The position numbers and the translations under genes are program-made. The notes under the pieces are model-generated. The model saw only the letters and a program-made list of their open reading frames with translations, did no database searches and was not told the DNA's origin. DNA of 64,000 nucleotides, taken from positions 15,094 to 79,093 of IMG/VR virus record IMGVR_UViG_3300042197_004553; one strand, given 5' to 3'. The stretch comes from a virus. Positions 22,645 to 32,945 of this stretch are shown here, one piece after another (within the stretch, counting starts at the first letter, position 1; the number at the start of each line of letters is the position of its first letter).

Positions 22645-23154
22645 CTAGTCTCGCGGCAAAATTTCGATCGGAACAACGACGTTACGGGTGTCGCCAGCTA
22701 AACTGACAATTCTAACACCCAGCGTTAAAAAGACGGCACTCGTTCCGGACTGTTGGGTGACCGCACTGCTTGGCAAGAGGCCGACGTTCAACAACTCTGC
22801 TGACGCGAACCGCTCGTCGTTGGGCGTCGCGTCTGTCTCTTCTAGCGCTAGATTAACCCGGATCACTGCGTCGGCTGCGGAGAACGCGGCGCGCACGTCA
22901 ATGGGCAAGCGAAATCGCCCCTGCCGCGCCAGCCGCATAAACTCGCAACCGCGATCAGGGCGGCCAATCATGGTGCCGCGTTCTGTTAAAAACTCCAGCA
23001 GCCACCGTTGGGCGAGTTTTTGGATTCCGGTGGTGATCTGTCCGGATGTAGTCGCGTCAAATAATTCCAATGCGATTTTACGCTCACCCGTCGCCGCGGT
23101 GTTTCGCAGCGCAAGATAGTCGTATGTTCTGCCAACATAATCTGCCAATGCCAT
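22645..23154 (-). CDS. gp25/GpW-like baseplate (sheath initiator) protein
   Basis: TGIQKLAQRWLLEFLTERGT...PDRGCEF; immediately upstream of baseplate J. Confidence 0.6.
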   Translation of the reverse strand: MALADYVGRTYDYLALRNTAATGERKIALELFDATTSGQITTGIQKLAQRWLLEFLTERGTMIGRPDRGCEFMRLARQGRFRLPIDVRAAFSAADAVIRVNLALEETDATPNDERFASAELLNVGLLPSSAVTQQSGTSAVFLTLGVRIVSLAGDTRNVVVPIEILPRD

Positions 23155-23157
23155 ATG

Positions 23158-23607
23158 TCACCCGCCGTTGTCGATAGCGCTCTGTACGCCGTCTTTCAAA
23201 AAACTGAAGATGCTCCGGCCAAGTTGTCCGTGCCCATCCAGCCGGCCGTGGGCTAGGGCGGCACAGCGGGCAAAACTGGCGTGCCGCGTCCGAAACGCGC
23301 GCTCTTCCACGGCCATAAAATCCGCTTGCCATTTCATTGCCAGTAAGTCGCCGCACGTCCCGCCGAGATTGCCGGGACCCTTGAGCACTTCGTCGGAGTA
23401 CACGCGATTAATTTCGTTGCGGTCCCACGCGTCATTGTGCAACGAGGGGACATCCAGCGGGTCCTGCAGCGTGTCTGGCACGTTCCACGTTCGATACGCC
23501 GTGTAGGTGCGAAAATGATCCGCCGCTTCGCGGGCGTGCTGCTCCAACGACGTAATCCGCGACGAGAACTTTTCATCAATCACGCCAGTGCGTGTGCCGT
23601 GCGCCAT
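23158..23607 (-). CDS. hypothetical protein
   Basis: 149-aa ORF tightly packed in the operon. Confidence 0.65.
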   Translation of the reverse strand: MAHGTRTGVIDEKFSSRITSLEQHAREAADHFRTYTAYRTWNVPDTLQDPLDVPSLHNDAWDRNEINRVYSDEVLKGPGNLGGTCGDLLAMKWQADFMAVEERAFRTRHASFARCAALAHGRLDGHGQLGRSIFSFLKDGVQSAIDNGG

Positions 23608-23615
23608 GAATCACC

Positions 23616-24407
23616 TCAAAAGTTATGCGTGTATCGCCGGTCGATCATGTTTTGAATTTTGGCGGCGCGCTGACTGACGGCTCCGGGTGAAATGTTGAGC
23701 CGCCGGGCAATGTCCTGTGTCGTCGTCTGCCGGCGGCCATTTCGGCCCAAGGTTAAATCCATGATGAGTTTGTCGGTTGGCGTCAGATCGCCGTACACGA
23801 AATCCAGCCACGCGTCTGTGCTTTTGGTGTAATTTGGCAGAGTACTGGCGACATCGGTATTAGCTGCCATGCCCGCGGCGACAGGCTGGTGGAACGATCG
23901 AATTTTTTTAATGCGCCGCGTGGACAAGCCGGAGGCGTCGGCGATTTCGTCGTCCGTCGGATCGCGGCTTAGGTCATCTCGCAACTCGTTCTCAATCTGG
24001 GCCAGTCGTTGAAAATCTAACCCAACCTGCTCCGGTAATGAAATGATGTTTTGCTCTTTGGCGGCCAGTCGCCGCAGCCGGTGCATTTGCGACAACAGGT
24101 GTGTTTTTACATTTCCTTTTTGTGGGTCATACGACTGCAGCGCACTTAAAGCCATTAACTTGGCGCGCGTTTTAATGACAGGGCTCGCGTTGGCGCCGAC
24201 ATAACTGTTCAATGCCGTGTCGATAATCGGCTGCACGGTGCCGAGTATTTTTGTGTTCATCTCCGGCGTGGCGGTTTGTTGCCACTGCGGGTACACCGTG
24301 TCGAAGTCGGCTGAGGCGCCGTGCGTCGTCTGCCCGGAGAACGGTGCCGGCACATCGCCCAGGATCGAGGGCATACCGCGCGGAGCAGAAAATTGAGTTT
24401 TTGGCAT
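23616..24407 (-). CDS. sigma-70 family (group 3-like) RNA polymerase sigma factor
   Basis: Region 2 ALQSYDPQKG, region 3 LSRDPTDDEIADASGLS, region 4 HTH TTQDIARRLNISPGAVSQ. Confidence 0.8.
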   Translation of the reverse strand: MPKTQFSAPRGMPSILGDVPAPFSGQTTHGASADFDTVYPQWQQTATPEMNTKILGTVQPIIDTALNSYVGANASPVIKTRAKLMALSALQSYDPQKGNVKTHLLSQMHRLRRLAAKEQNIISLPEQVGLDFQRLAQIENELRDDLSRDPTDDEIADASGLSTRRIKKIRSFHQPVAAGMAANTDVASTLPNYTKSTDAWLDFVYGDLTPTDKLIMDLTLGRNGRRQTTTQDIARRLNISPGAVSQRAAKIQNMIDRRYTHNF

Positions 24408-24417
24408 AAAACACGCG

Positions 24418-26190
24418 TTATATCATGAATGTTTCGGGGGCTAAAAATTCTGGCTCGTTGGGCGTCGGAGCGGCCGGCGGTGTGGGTACGCCGGGCGCCG
24501 TTTGCCCAACAACCAACGGACCGCCGTACCACGCGACAGACGGCTTATACAGCGGCGGGTGTGTTTTCGTGAATTCGTCGGTGTTTTGATTCTCCGTCTG
24601 GCTGCGGATGTTTGCGAGCGTGAACGACGTGCCGGCGACATGTTGCTCACTGTTTATAATGTACGATACCTGCGTGACCGACGCGTACATGGTCATTTTT
24701 TCTTGCTCAATAGCACTGTCTGGCGGCACAATTTTTACAACGCTTCCCGGAGCGATATCGAGCCGGAACTTGCCCGACAGTTCGCCGTACCGTTGGCCCA
24801 AAATAGCCGATTTGTACCAGTGCTCGGCAAAACGGTTGAGCACGTTGCTGCCTTTGATATTTTGTTCTGTGTCGGGCGCACGCAACGGGCCTTCTTGACT
24901 GGCGGAGTCACCTGCCTGCGGCGCTGCGGTCGAGCCGGCGGGCGGCGCAAGCGTTGTGCCCTTTACCCAGAGCGACGCGTACGCCGAATTTGCCAGCCAG
25001 ATCGGCGGTTCGCGCACAAGGATGTTGCCGCGAAAGTTTGTGTTTTTTTCTGGGTATTTTCCCCACGGATCACAGTAGTTGATCGCCGACGGCGTGGAAC
25101 CGCCCATGTACAGCCCCGAACTCGACGGCGGCGAATAAAAGATGTTTACCGATTCCAGCAAATGCGCGACGTTTGAGTTAAAATTTGCGTAGTTGTATTC
25201 TTCGCCGTGGATTGTGGTGTAGGGCGTCTGCAACCCAGGAAAAAACGGCACGACGTTGGCAAACTCCACGCCCGGCGATATGGCGAAAAGAAACGACGGG
25301 CCGATTTCGCCGACCAGTTTGCCCCAAAACGTATTGTACCCCATGCCTTCAGTGATCAGACGCGTGAGCCCGTCGTGCGCGGACACCGTGGCGAGCACTT
25401 CGTCGACGCCTTCCAGATCGAGGCCGAGTGTGCCGGGAATAGGTGCGACGCCCGGCATGCGTTCAAACGCTTTAAGCGCCGCACCGTTGTTTCCGTTTTC
25501 GTCTTTGGCTTTTTCTTCTTCTAAAATTTGATCGTCGTCGCATTGCGTGTTGGGATGTTGAAACCGGGCCACGCGCGTGAAGATTTCTTTAATGACTTTG
25601 CCCCACAAGTCGTCTTCCATGTTTTCTTTAGAAACAATGGGATTTTTTTCTGCCGTGTCGTCGATCATGGGCGCCACGGCGGTGTAGACCCCGCTGCCGC
25701 CGGTCATCTGGTTCAACGCGTGCCACGAAGCGCACTGCGCCAAATCATGCGGGGCGCCGGGCGCCCAATTGCCGTTGAGCATAGACGAGCAGTTCAGGTC
25801 GTCTAGCCAATGAATCAGGTGAATGGTGTAGGCCGCGTTGTTGTGCGCGCGCTGGTAACCGACGCCAGCATAGTAACCGCGGAAAATAACGTAGGTGCCG
25901 TCGCGCATGCCGTTGATGATCGGCGCGTCTCGGTGGCCTTGCGTTGATTTAATAGTCAGCGTCACCTCCGCTTCTGCCCGCGGCGTTAACTTGTCCATGT
26001 ATTTGTGAATCGTGGCCGGTTCGCCGGTTCGCACCTCCCGCCCCGCCGCCAACGTGAGCGTCGCTGTCGGGATCATGTTCATGCCAAATGTCGCCGAAAT
26101 CGCCACGACGTCGTCGAATACGACACCGTTGATCGTGGCGCGCAGCGTAAACTCAGTACGCACAAACGGTTCTGTCAGGCTGTTTGCCAT
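24418..26190 (-). CDS. putative baseplate hub protein (gp27/GpD-like)
   Basis: 590 aa; ELSGKFRLDIAPGSVVKI...VTQVSYII C-terminal pattern; synteny. Confidence 0.5.
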   Translation of the reverse strand: MANSLTEPFVRTEFTLRATINGVVFDDVVAISATFGMNMIPTATLTLAAGREVRTGEPATIHKYMDKLTPRAEAEVTLTIKSTQGHRDAPIINGMRDGTYVIFRGYYAGVGYQRAHNNAAYTIHLIHWLDDLNCSSMLNGNWAPGAPHDLAQCASWHALNQMTGGSGVYTAVAPMIDDTAEKNPIVSKENMEDDLWGKVIKEIFTRVARFQHPNTQCDDDQILEEEKAKDENGNNGAALKAFERMPGVAPIPGTLGLDLEGVDEVLATVSAHDGLTRLITEGMGYNTFWGKLVGEIGPSFLFAISPGVEFANVVPFFPGLQTPYTTIHGEEYNYANFNSNVAHLLESVNIFYSPPSSSGLYMGGSTPSAINYCDPWGKYPEKNTNFRGNILVREPPIWLANSAYASLWVKGTTLAPPAGSTAAPQAGDSASQEGPLRAPDTEQNIKGSNVLNRFAEHWYKSAILGQRYGELSGKFRLDIAPGSVVKIVPPDSAIEQEKMTMYASVTQVSYIINSEQHVAGTSFTLANIRSQTENQNTDEFTKTHPPLYKPSVAWYGGPLVVGQTAPGVPTPPAAPTPNEPEFLAPETFMI

Positions 26191-26192
26191 GG

Positions 26193-27158
26193 TTACTTTC
26201 GCAGTTCTTCTGTGCGGTAAATCAGGGCCAGCACCAAACCAGACAAACGATACGCCGGCAGGGGATGATCGAACCAGAGATTTTTAAACGTGCTGTACGG
26301 CTCGGCCGGGGCCGAACCAAAGAGTTCGAGAAAAATCGGCTCACCCAGCATCTCTAGCGACGGAAACGCTGTGGTGATAATCGGCGCCGGGTTGGCTTTT
26401 GTTTCGACCAGCCACTGCGCTTGGAGTTCTTGGCCTTCCGTGCTGGGCATCCGCATCCCCATGGCCGACGAAAAAAATGAGACGCCAGCGGGCTCCAACA
26501 GCAACTGGCCGCCTGTTTCCGGCGCATAGGACTCGACCACTAAAATACCGTTTTCTTCTGTCAAAATCCGGCTGTAGACCGCCTGTGCTCCGGCGACGTT
26601 GACTCGCAGATTTAACCCGGTTTGCGCCAACGAAAGAACCGGCGGCGCGGCGGCGTCCGTAATTTGGGCGGTTTGAAATCCGGCGCCGCTGCGTTGCCCC
26701 AAATGCTGGACGTCGATGTGCAGCGCGTCTTCCGCCGTGTCAAGCCGTAAGCGGGCAAGATAGGTGTGGGTTGCCCGCCCGATCTCCGGCTGGGCAAACA
26801 GGTCTCCGGCAATCGTGAGTCGTTTGGGTGCGCCGTACGTCTGCGTGATTGAAACGCGCTTGCCGGACGATTCAAAAAATGGTGTCGATGTTTCCGGCCA
26901 ATAGGTGACCCGCGAGTCAAATCGGTAGGCAAACTCGGCCAACTCCGTTTGATGGATATACGCGAGCAGTTCGCGCGCGCGATAGTTTAAAAAGTAATTG
27001 TCGGGCGCCGCACCAAACAGGATGTTGCGCACCGTGAGCAACGCGGGCGGTAGTTTAACCGGATGAAATGCGGCAGGAATGTGTGCGTAACCCGTGTCCG
27101 TCGGGTGCATCCGGCTCCGCGGGTGATTGAGCAGAAGTGTGCGCGCGTGATTAATCAT
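26193..27158 (-). CDS. hypothetical tail/baseplate protein
   Basis: Start moved to MINHARTLLLN. Confidence 0.55.
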   Translation of the reverse strand: MINHARTLLLNHPRSRMHPTDTGYAHIPAAFHPVKLPPALLTVRNILFGAAPDNYFLNYRARELLAYIHQTELAEFAYRFDSRVTYWPETSTPFFESSGKRVSITQTYGAPKRLTIAGDLFAQPEIGRATHTYLARLRLDTAEDALHIDVQHLGQRSGAGFQTAQITDAAAPPVLSLAQTGLNLRVNVAGAQAVYSRILTEENGILVVESYAPETGGQLLLEPAGVSFFSSAMGMRMPSTEGQELQAQWLVETKANPAPIITTAFPSLEMLGEPIFLELFGSAPAEPYSTFKNLWFDHPLPAYRLSGLVLALIYRTEELRK

Positions 27159-27180
27159 GTCGGCGACCCATGCGAAGTTA

Positions 27181-27744
27181 TCATGCGGTGGTGGTTGGGT
27201 TGTAATTCGGTATGACACCGCCCGTGGACCTAAATTCGGGTGCGCCAAAGTCTACTGGCGGTTTTTGTTTTTGGGGCAGCACGTCAAAACGCATGGTCCA
27301 GTGCCCAATCGGGCCCATTTGATTGTCTGCCGCTTCCATACGAATCCCGACTAAAAACCCATAGAACGTAATTTCTTTGTCCGGTGTGGCCAGCGTAATG
27401 GTCACGGCGCGTCCGCCGCGCTGGGCGGCGCGGTTCGCCATGTAATAGTTGTATGGCTCGATAAACCGGGCGCCACGCTTCTCAACCTCAAGGCAGTTTT
27501 TAATAAAACTAACACCACTGACGCGCAGCGTGCCGACGCGGTCGCCGAATGCGTAAAAATACACAAAATCGTTCACGGTGTGCAGGAATTGATAATTACC
27601 GACCATCTCCAGCGCGACGCCCGTTACGATAAACGACTGCGTGAGCGTCTCCGTGTCGATTGTAATCGTCAAGAAATCGCCCTCGGAACAGCCGGGACGT
27701 GTTACCTGTACCGCACCTGTGCATGGCGTAAAGACTTGTTTCAT
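27181..27744 (-). CDS. putative tube initiator / tube-like baseplate protein
   Basis: Directly after the tape measure; YFYAFGDRVGTLRVSG resembles YYVGDRRQGTAQFS of the tube gene. Confidence 0.5.
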   Translation of the reverse strand: MKQVFTPCTGAVQVTRPGCSEGDFLTITIDTETLTQSFIVTGVALEMVGNYQFLHTVNDFVYFYAFGDRVGTLRVSGVSFIKNCLEVEKRGARFIEPYNYYMANRAAQRGGRAVTITLATPDKEITFYGFLVGIRMEAADNQMGPIGHWTMRFDVLPQKQKPPVDFGAPEFRSTGGVIPNYNPTTTA

Positions 27745-27756
27745 AGTGTGTCCTTC

Positions 27757-30700
27757 TTATACTCGCACGCCGGGGCGTAGTGGGCGATCTTTGACCACGG
27801 GCGCCCCTCCGGCTTCGGTGGTCAAAGCGCGGTCGCTGGTGGCTTCAAGCATGACGCTCTCCAGGCCGTCCAGCGTCAGTCGGCCGCTGATCTGCAAAGG
27901 TTCATTGCTGCCGCCACCCTTGGCGCCGGTGTCAGCGCCTGCGGTTTGAATTGCGGCGCTGGCGGCCTGGGCCTGCTGCACGCGACCCGCCGTGCCACCA
28001 CCCCACGCTTGCGGGTCGGCGAGTTTACTAAGAAACCCGAGTATTCCGCCAGTTTCTTTCGTATCAGCCGGTGCTGCAGCGGTGTCTGGAGAATTGCCAC
28101 GCACGCTGTTTGGCGCGAGAGAAGGCGCGGCAGCCTGTTGTGCCGCCGCGGCGGACGACGCGCCCCACGTCGGTGCCTGCGCGGCGGCGCCGGGTTGTAA
28201 CTGCGGGTCTAAAAATTGCTCGAACCTGGCTTTGCCCAACTGCGAAGTCTGCGCGTGATGGAGCGCAACCAGCATGTGGGCTTGGAATTGTTTCCGGTAC
28301 TCCGGCGTGCCGCGCGTTAGTTGGCCGCTGGCGAGCGATTTTTCGCCGGCGGTAAACGCCGCCTCGGACATCCCCAATTCTTTGAGCAGGTTTTTGCGCC
28401 CTTCCGGCGAGGCGTCCATGACTGCGGCGGTCAGCGCTTCGGCTTTTTTGCCCTTTACGTCGAAGAGCCGCATGGCTGCAGCGGTGCCGGCACTGACGGC
28501 GCCCTTGTCATCTCCGCGAAAGTAGGCTTTATGTATTTTTCCAAGGTCTTCAAGCGTGCCGGCTTGTCCCTCTTTCGCGGTGCCGACGGCGCCCATCGCG
28601 GCTGCGCGCAACTGATCAAACGACTTTTCTTTTGCTTCTAACAACCCGATGTCGGTCGCATGCTGGTATCCAGCGTGAGCGCCTAATTCGGCGATTTGCT
28701 GTGCGCGGGAAAGGTGGTCACCGCCGCCGATGTGCTGCGCATACGCGGCTTTGATGTCGGCGTCCGACATGCCCTGCAGTTTTTTATTCCGGCGTTTCGC
28801 CATGTCGTCGCGACTGACGATTTTGACGTCTTTATCGAATTTGGCGTATTTGCGCAGGTCGGCTTCGCTGGCTTTGTCGATATCTTCCCGGGTAATCGAG
28901 GCGTCGCGGGTCATCTGCGTCAGGGCGTCAAAACCTCCGCCCATTTCTTTGGCGTACCGCTGAAGCATTTCTTTATCCGAAATGACCGGCGCCATGGCTT
29001 TCAAGAACTCGTTGAAATTAAACTTTTCACCCCTGGTCGCAATGTCCACGAGATAATCCGAGATACGCCCCAGCGGAGTGCCCTCCAAACCGGCACCCGC
29101 CACGCGACGCCGTTCGGCGACCGCGGCCGACCGGGCGGCTTCAGCCGCACCCGCGGCGTCCCGACCTCGACCGTGGCTCTGCGCAAACGTCGACAGCGTC
29201 TCGCCTCCGGTGCGCATGCCGTGCACCGCACCGGCCTGGGCAATCATTTGATTGAACGTGGAGCGGTTGTTCATGGCTTTCGCCGCGGCTTTCGCGTCCG
29301 CCTCGCTTCCCAGACCTTTTTCGGCGTACAACGTAACCATCTCGGCTTCAATTTGTTTCTGCATGTAATCGACTTGGTCGTCTAAATTCATGCCCGCCGA
29401 GTCGAGAATCATTTCTGTGACTCGCTGCCCGACGGCGCGCGACGTCGCGGCTTTGGGCGTCAACCCGGCGCCGCGCAGTGACTTCGCGACAGCGCTACTC
29501 GTGGTCATTGCGTTGATGTCCCGCGCCGCTTCGTACTTTTGCGTCAAAAATCCGAACCCTGCCTGCATTTTTTCTTTCGTACGCGGGTCTAACATCATCG
29601 TGCCCAGTTCGTCAGACCGGCCGCCGGCACTGGCTAAAATCTGTTCTGCCGCGCCCACGCCGCCGGCACCGATCACCTGTCGAATATTGCGCGTGACTTG
29701 TTTCCCGCTAGCGTCGGTAAACGTGTACGTGCCGTCGCCAGTCGGGTTTCGATAGGCTTCAACAGCTTTGACAAGTTCGCTGTTTGCGCCAAACCGTTTG
29801 GGATCAGCATCGACGATGCGCGTGAGCGCGGCCATGCTCAGCGCGTTGCGTGATGCGTCACCGCGTTGCATGAGTTCACCGACGCGCTGCATGGCCGCCG
29901 GTTTGTCCAGCGTGCCAAACACGTTTCCAGAGAATGCGCCGGTGTTTTGCATAGTCTGGACCATGGCCAGCGTTCCGGCGACGTTGCTCATCGTGGTTTG
30001 GGGCGACAGGCCGAGTTGCTGGCCGCGTGCGCCCATCGTGGCCGACAGCGTCGCCAGTTGTTCTAAGCCAACGCCGCTTTCTTTCGCTAACGTCTGCATC
30101 TGCCGCAACGTTGTTTCGACGTGTGCCGGTTTCATCGACCCCATAGCGCCCTGTGTCAACTGATCGAGAACAGCGAGTAACGCCGGCATAGGCGCGTTAG
30201 GATTGCCGTTGTCTCCAAAAATCTCGCGAACCGCAGCCACGGCTCCGGTGTATTGTTTAATTGCCGACGCGCTGCGTTTGGCGTCGACGTTTGTGGCCAG
30301 CAGGTCAAAGCCGCCGAGTTGCTCTAACTCACTTGCAGCCTTGGCCCCTGTCGCGCCGGTCGCCGTCTTGTCAATTTCTTTGAACGTGTCTTCCAACGTG
30401 GTTCGCGCATCGCCCCGTCGTGCACGCAAGAACTCGGTTCGCTGTTCGTCTGTGGTAAGTGCTTTATAGTCTGCCGCTTCCTTGTCGCTCCGTTTGGCGA
30501 AATCGGCTTTTAGATACTCATCCGCCAGCCGATTCATCGTCTCGTCGTCACGGGTCGCCGCAGACATCGCCTTGACGCGCTCTGCCGGAGACATAGCCCC
30601 AAGGCTTTGTGGGAGCAGCCCACGCTGAAACATGGTTTCGCCCAGTTGGCCGACTTGGCTGGCCATCAGCCCGTGCATCTCGTGCACCGGGCGCTGTTTA

Positions 30701-31554
30701 GCCCGCGTCTCCAGTTGGCCAATGGTGGCTTCGTGGTCTTTCAACACGCCCGATGCGGCGACGGCTCGATCAAACTTGGTCAGTTCCTGCGCCTGGGCGG
30801 CGGCGGTGGTGGCGGTACCTCCCTGCACATACTTGTTATAAAGGTCGCCCAGTTTTTCCGTATCCATGCCGCGCAATCGGGCGGCCACGTCGGCGTCGGT
30901 CACCATATGTTTGTTTTGCATGCCGGCTGCGGCCAGCAGGCGGTCACCGCCGCCGGGAGCGCCGCTGCGCGCGCCCACCACCATGTCGGCGACATTGCCG
31001 TGCGGTGCGTACAGTTCTGAAAACATCGCCGCAGAAAAGCCCGACAGCGCGGCGGCGTCCATCCGACCACCGCCAGTCGGATTCGGGCGATAGTAGCCGA
31101 CTCTATTGACGACATTACCCAGCGCCGTAGCGTCCCCGCGTGAGCCGTACAGCATGGCTTCCAGATTTTCCGGACCCACAGCCGAGCCCAGCGCGGCTTT
31201 CATAAAAGGATTGTTAATAATGCCGGCCATGTTGGCCGCCTGCTCTCGGTTGAGCGCGCTCGGTGCAGTCGGCGTGATCGCGCTGCGCAAGCCCAGCAGG
31301 AGGTTGGTCACGTCCGGCTGCTGAATACTTGACAGGTTCCGCGTGGCTTGCAGGGTTTGATTCTGATACGCCCGCAGCGCAAACTGGTCCATCGCGTTCT
31401 GGGTGGGCATCATGTGGGGCATAAAATTGCCCGGCCCGGCGAACGCCCCCAGCAACGGCCCGGCGGCCATGGTGATTAAATGCGACAGTTCGGCGTTATT
31501 GTTGAACGCCATTTGGCCCGGCGAGTAAAAACCGGGATACATCCATTGCGACAT
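27757..31554 (-). CDS. tape measure protein
   Basis: 1265 aa, Ala/Gly/Met-rich and helical; follows the chaperone pair and precedes the baseplate genes. Confidence 0.7.
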   Translation of the reverse strand: MSQWMYPGFYSPGQMAFNNNAELSHLITMAAGPLLGAFAGPGNFMPHMMPTQNAMDQFALRAYQNQTLQATRNLSSIQQPDVTNLLLGLRSAITPTAPSALNREQAANMAGIINNPFMKAALGSAVGPENLEAMLYGSRGDATALGNVVNRVGYYRPNPTGGGRMDAAALSGFSAAMFSELYAPHGNVADMVVGARSGAPGGGDRLLAAAGMQNKHMVTDADVAARLRGMDTEKLGDLYNKYVQGGTATTAAAQAQELTKFDRAVAASGVLKDHEATIGQLETRAKQRPVHEMHGLMASQVGQLGETMFQRGLLPQSLGAMSPAERVKAMSAATRDDETMNRLADEYLKADFAKRSDKEAADYKALTTDEQRTEFLRARRGDARTTLEDTFKEIDKTATGATGAKAASELEQLGGFDLLATNVDAKRSASAIKQYTGAVAAVREIFGDNGNPNAPMPALLAVLDQLTQGAMGSMKPAHVETTLRQMQTLAKESGVGLEQLATLSATMGARGQQLGLSPQTTMSNVAGTLAMVQTMQNTGAFSGNVFGTLDKPAAMQRVGELMQRGDASRNALSMAALTRIVDADPKRFGANSELVKAVEAYRNPTGDGTYTFTDASGKQVTRNIRQVIGAGGVGAAEQILASAGGRSDELGTMMLDPRTKEKMQAGFGFLTQKYEAARDINAMTTSSAVAKSLRGAGLTPKAATSRAVGQRVTEMILDSAGMNLDDQVDYMQKQIEAEMVTLYAEKGLGSEADAKAAAKAMNNRSTFNQMIAQAGAVHGMRTGGETLSTFAQSHGRGRDAAGAAEAARSAAVAERRRVAGAGLEGTPLGRISDYLVDIATRGEKFNFNEFLKAMAPVISDKEMLQRYAKEMGGGFDALTQMTRDASITREDIDKASEADLRKYAKFDKDVKIVSRDDMAKRRNKKLQGMSDADIKAAYAQHIGGGDHLSRAQQIAELGAHAGYQHATDIGLLEAKEKSFDQLRAAAMGAVGTAKEGQAGTLEDLGKIHKAYFRGDDKGAVSAGTAAAMRLFDVKGKKAEALTAAVMDASPEGRKNLLKELGMSEAAFTAGEKSLASGQLTRGTPEYRKQFQAHMLVALHHAQTSQLGKARFEQFLDPQLQPGAAAQAPTWGASSAAAAQQAAAPSLAPNSVRGNSPDTAAAPADTKETGGILGFLSKLADPQAWGGGTAGRVQQAQAASAAIQTAGADTGAKGGGSNEPLQISGRLTLDGLESVMLEATSDRALTTEAGGAPVVKDRPLRPGVRV

Positions 31555-31555
31555 G

Positions 31556-31963
31556 TTATTCCCCGGCGTTTCGACCCCCGCGCCATACCTTAAATCTTTC
31601 GATCAGGTTTTGTGTTTCTGCGTCTATTTTACTGTTTTCAACTCCTGATGCCTGCTTTTCTGTTTCCGCGGGCTGTGCTTCAAGCCACGGAAACAATTCT
31701 GTTTGCAGGGCCGTAAGCGTCTCTCCCGCTGTTTTCTTGACTCCGGCAAAACTTTCTTCCGTTAAACCGCCGTGGGATAAATACGCGCACCAGTGGCGAT
31801 GCACGCTTTCCAGCATTTTTTGGTCTTCTTGCCGTCGTACTTCGTCCAATAACAAGCGGTGTTTAATTCGCCATTTTACGTCCGTGGGATCGGCTCGGGA
31901 GTAATCGATCGCTCCCGAGACAGCAGCCCGCACCATGTAGGCCGCTACGCGATCCCGTTCCAA
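31556..31963 (-). CDS. tail assembly chaperone, downstream (-1 frame) part
   Basis: Overlaps the preceding ORF in the -1 frame; weak TTG start; ends just before the tape measure ATG. Confidence 0.55.
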   Translation of the reverse strand: MERDRVAAYMVRAAVSGAIDYSRADPTDVKWRIKHRLLLDEVRRQEDQKMLESVHRHWCAYLSHGGLTEESFAGVKKTAGETLTALQTELFPWLEAQPAETEKQASGVENSKIDAETQNLIERFKVWRGGRNAGE

Positions 31964-32934
31964 AAACTTGGTTCAAGCGCCATGGCTTCAAGGGCTTCCA
32001 CAAGGCGCTGAAATTGTCGGAGGTGCGTTCCGACCAGCCGCCGTGTGACCTCTTGTGCCACTGTTTTGTTCAACAGGTCTAATTGCTTGGGCAGCGCCGT
32101 CGCGAGCGGCTGGTCTGGGTCGTTAACGAACTGCAGCGAATCCAGCGGCGGAATAACGGCCACAATTTTACCGTCCGCTTGCGCAATCGACTCTAGCGAG
32201 CACGCAAGCCGATAATCCATCATCTGCACAAACCATTCGGCTTCGGTCGCCACGCGCTTCTCTTCTTGGTCCAGCACGAGTTGTCGATAAATCAGTTTGC
32301 TCTCCTCGGCCAAAAGGCTGCGGAAAGTCACACTGATTTTGCCGCCAAAAATTTCGTACTTTTTTGAAAACCGTTGGCCGCCCAGTAATGTTGCCAAAAA
32401 GTCTTCTTTATCCTTGTCCGTCGGAACGATTTCAAACTGCTGCCGCATGTCCCAGCCGCAGCGCGGGCAAAATGGCAGCACCCCTGGCGCCGCGGATTCG
32501 GCTGGCGTGGTTGTGGTGTCCGCGACGGGCTCAGGCTCGGGCTTGGCGGCAGGCGTTTCTTCCGCGGGCGCAGCCGGTTCGGCACGGTCGTCGATGATCT
32601 CCGGCTCGGACGCCTGCGCCGTCAACTGGCGATACAGCGCCGCCACGCTGGGGTCCATGTTTTGCGTTTGCGCGTTCATGTCGTCAGCGGCTTTTTTCTT
32701 CTTGCCAAACGCCACCGCCGCTCGCAGGTGCTCGACGATCTGCTCGGCCTGTTCCGGCGCCATCACGTCTCGGTCAATCAAGACATCCGTACGCTTCGAC
32801 GCGGGCAACGTCTCTTTCATTTGCAGCATCATCTGTCCGAGATCGGCCGGAATAGGCTCGCCGGGTTGCCAGCCGAATTGCTCCAACGTTTTCTTGGTGA
32901 AGTCTGACAGGTGGACATTTTCGACCAATTCCAT
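31945..32934 (-). CDS. tail assembly chaperone
   Basis: 329 aa with CPRC; position upstream of the tape measure. Confidence 0.55.
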   Translation of the reverse strand: MELVENVHLSDFTKKTLEQFGWQPGEPIPADLGQMMLQMKETLPASKRTDVLIDRDVMAPEQAEQIVEHLRAAVAFGKKKKAADDMNAQTQNMDPSVAALYRQLTAQASEPEIIDDRAEPAAPAEETPAAKPEPEPVADTTTTPAESAAPGVLPFCPRCGWDMRQQFEIVPTDKDKEDFLATLLGGQRFSKKYEIFGGKISVTFRSLLAEESKLIYRQLVLDQEEKRVATEAEWFVQMMDYRLACSLESIAQADGKIVAVIPPLDSLQFVNDPDQPLATALPKQLDLLNKTVAQEVTRRLVGTHLRQFQRLVEALEAMALEPSFWNGIA

Positions 32935-32945
32935 TCGGTCACCTC

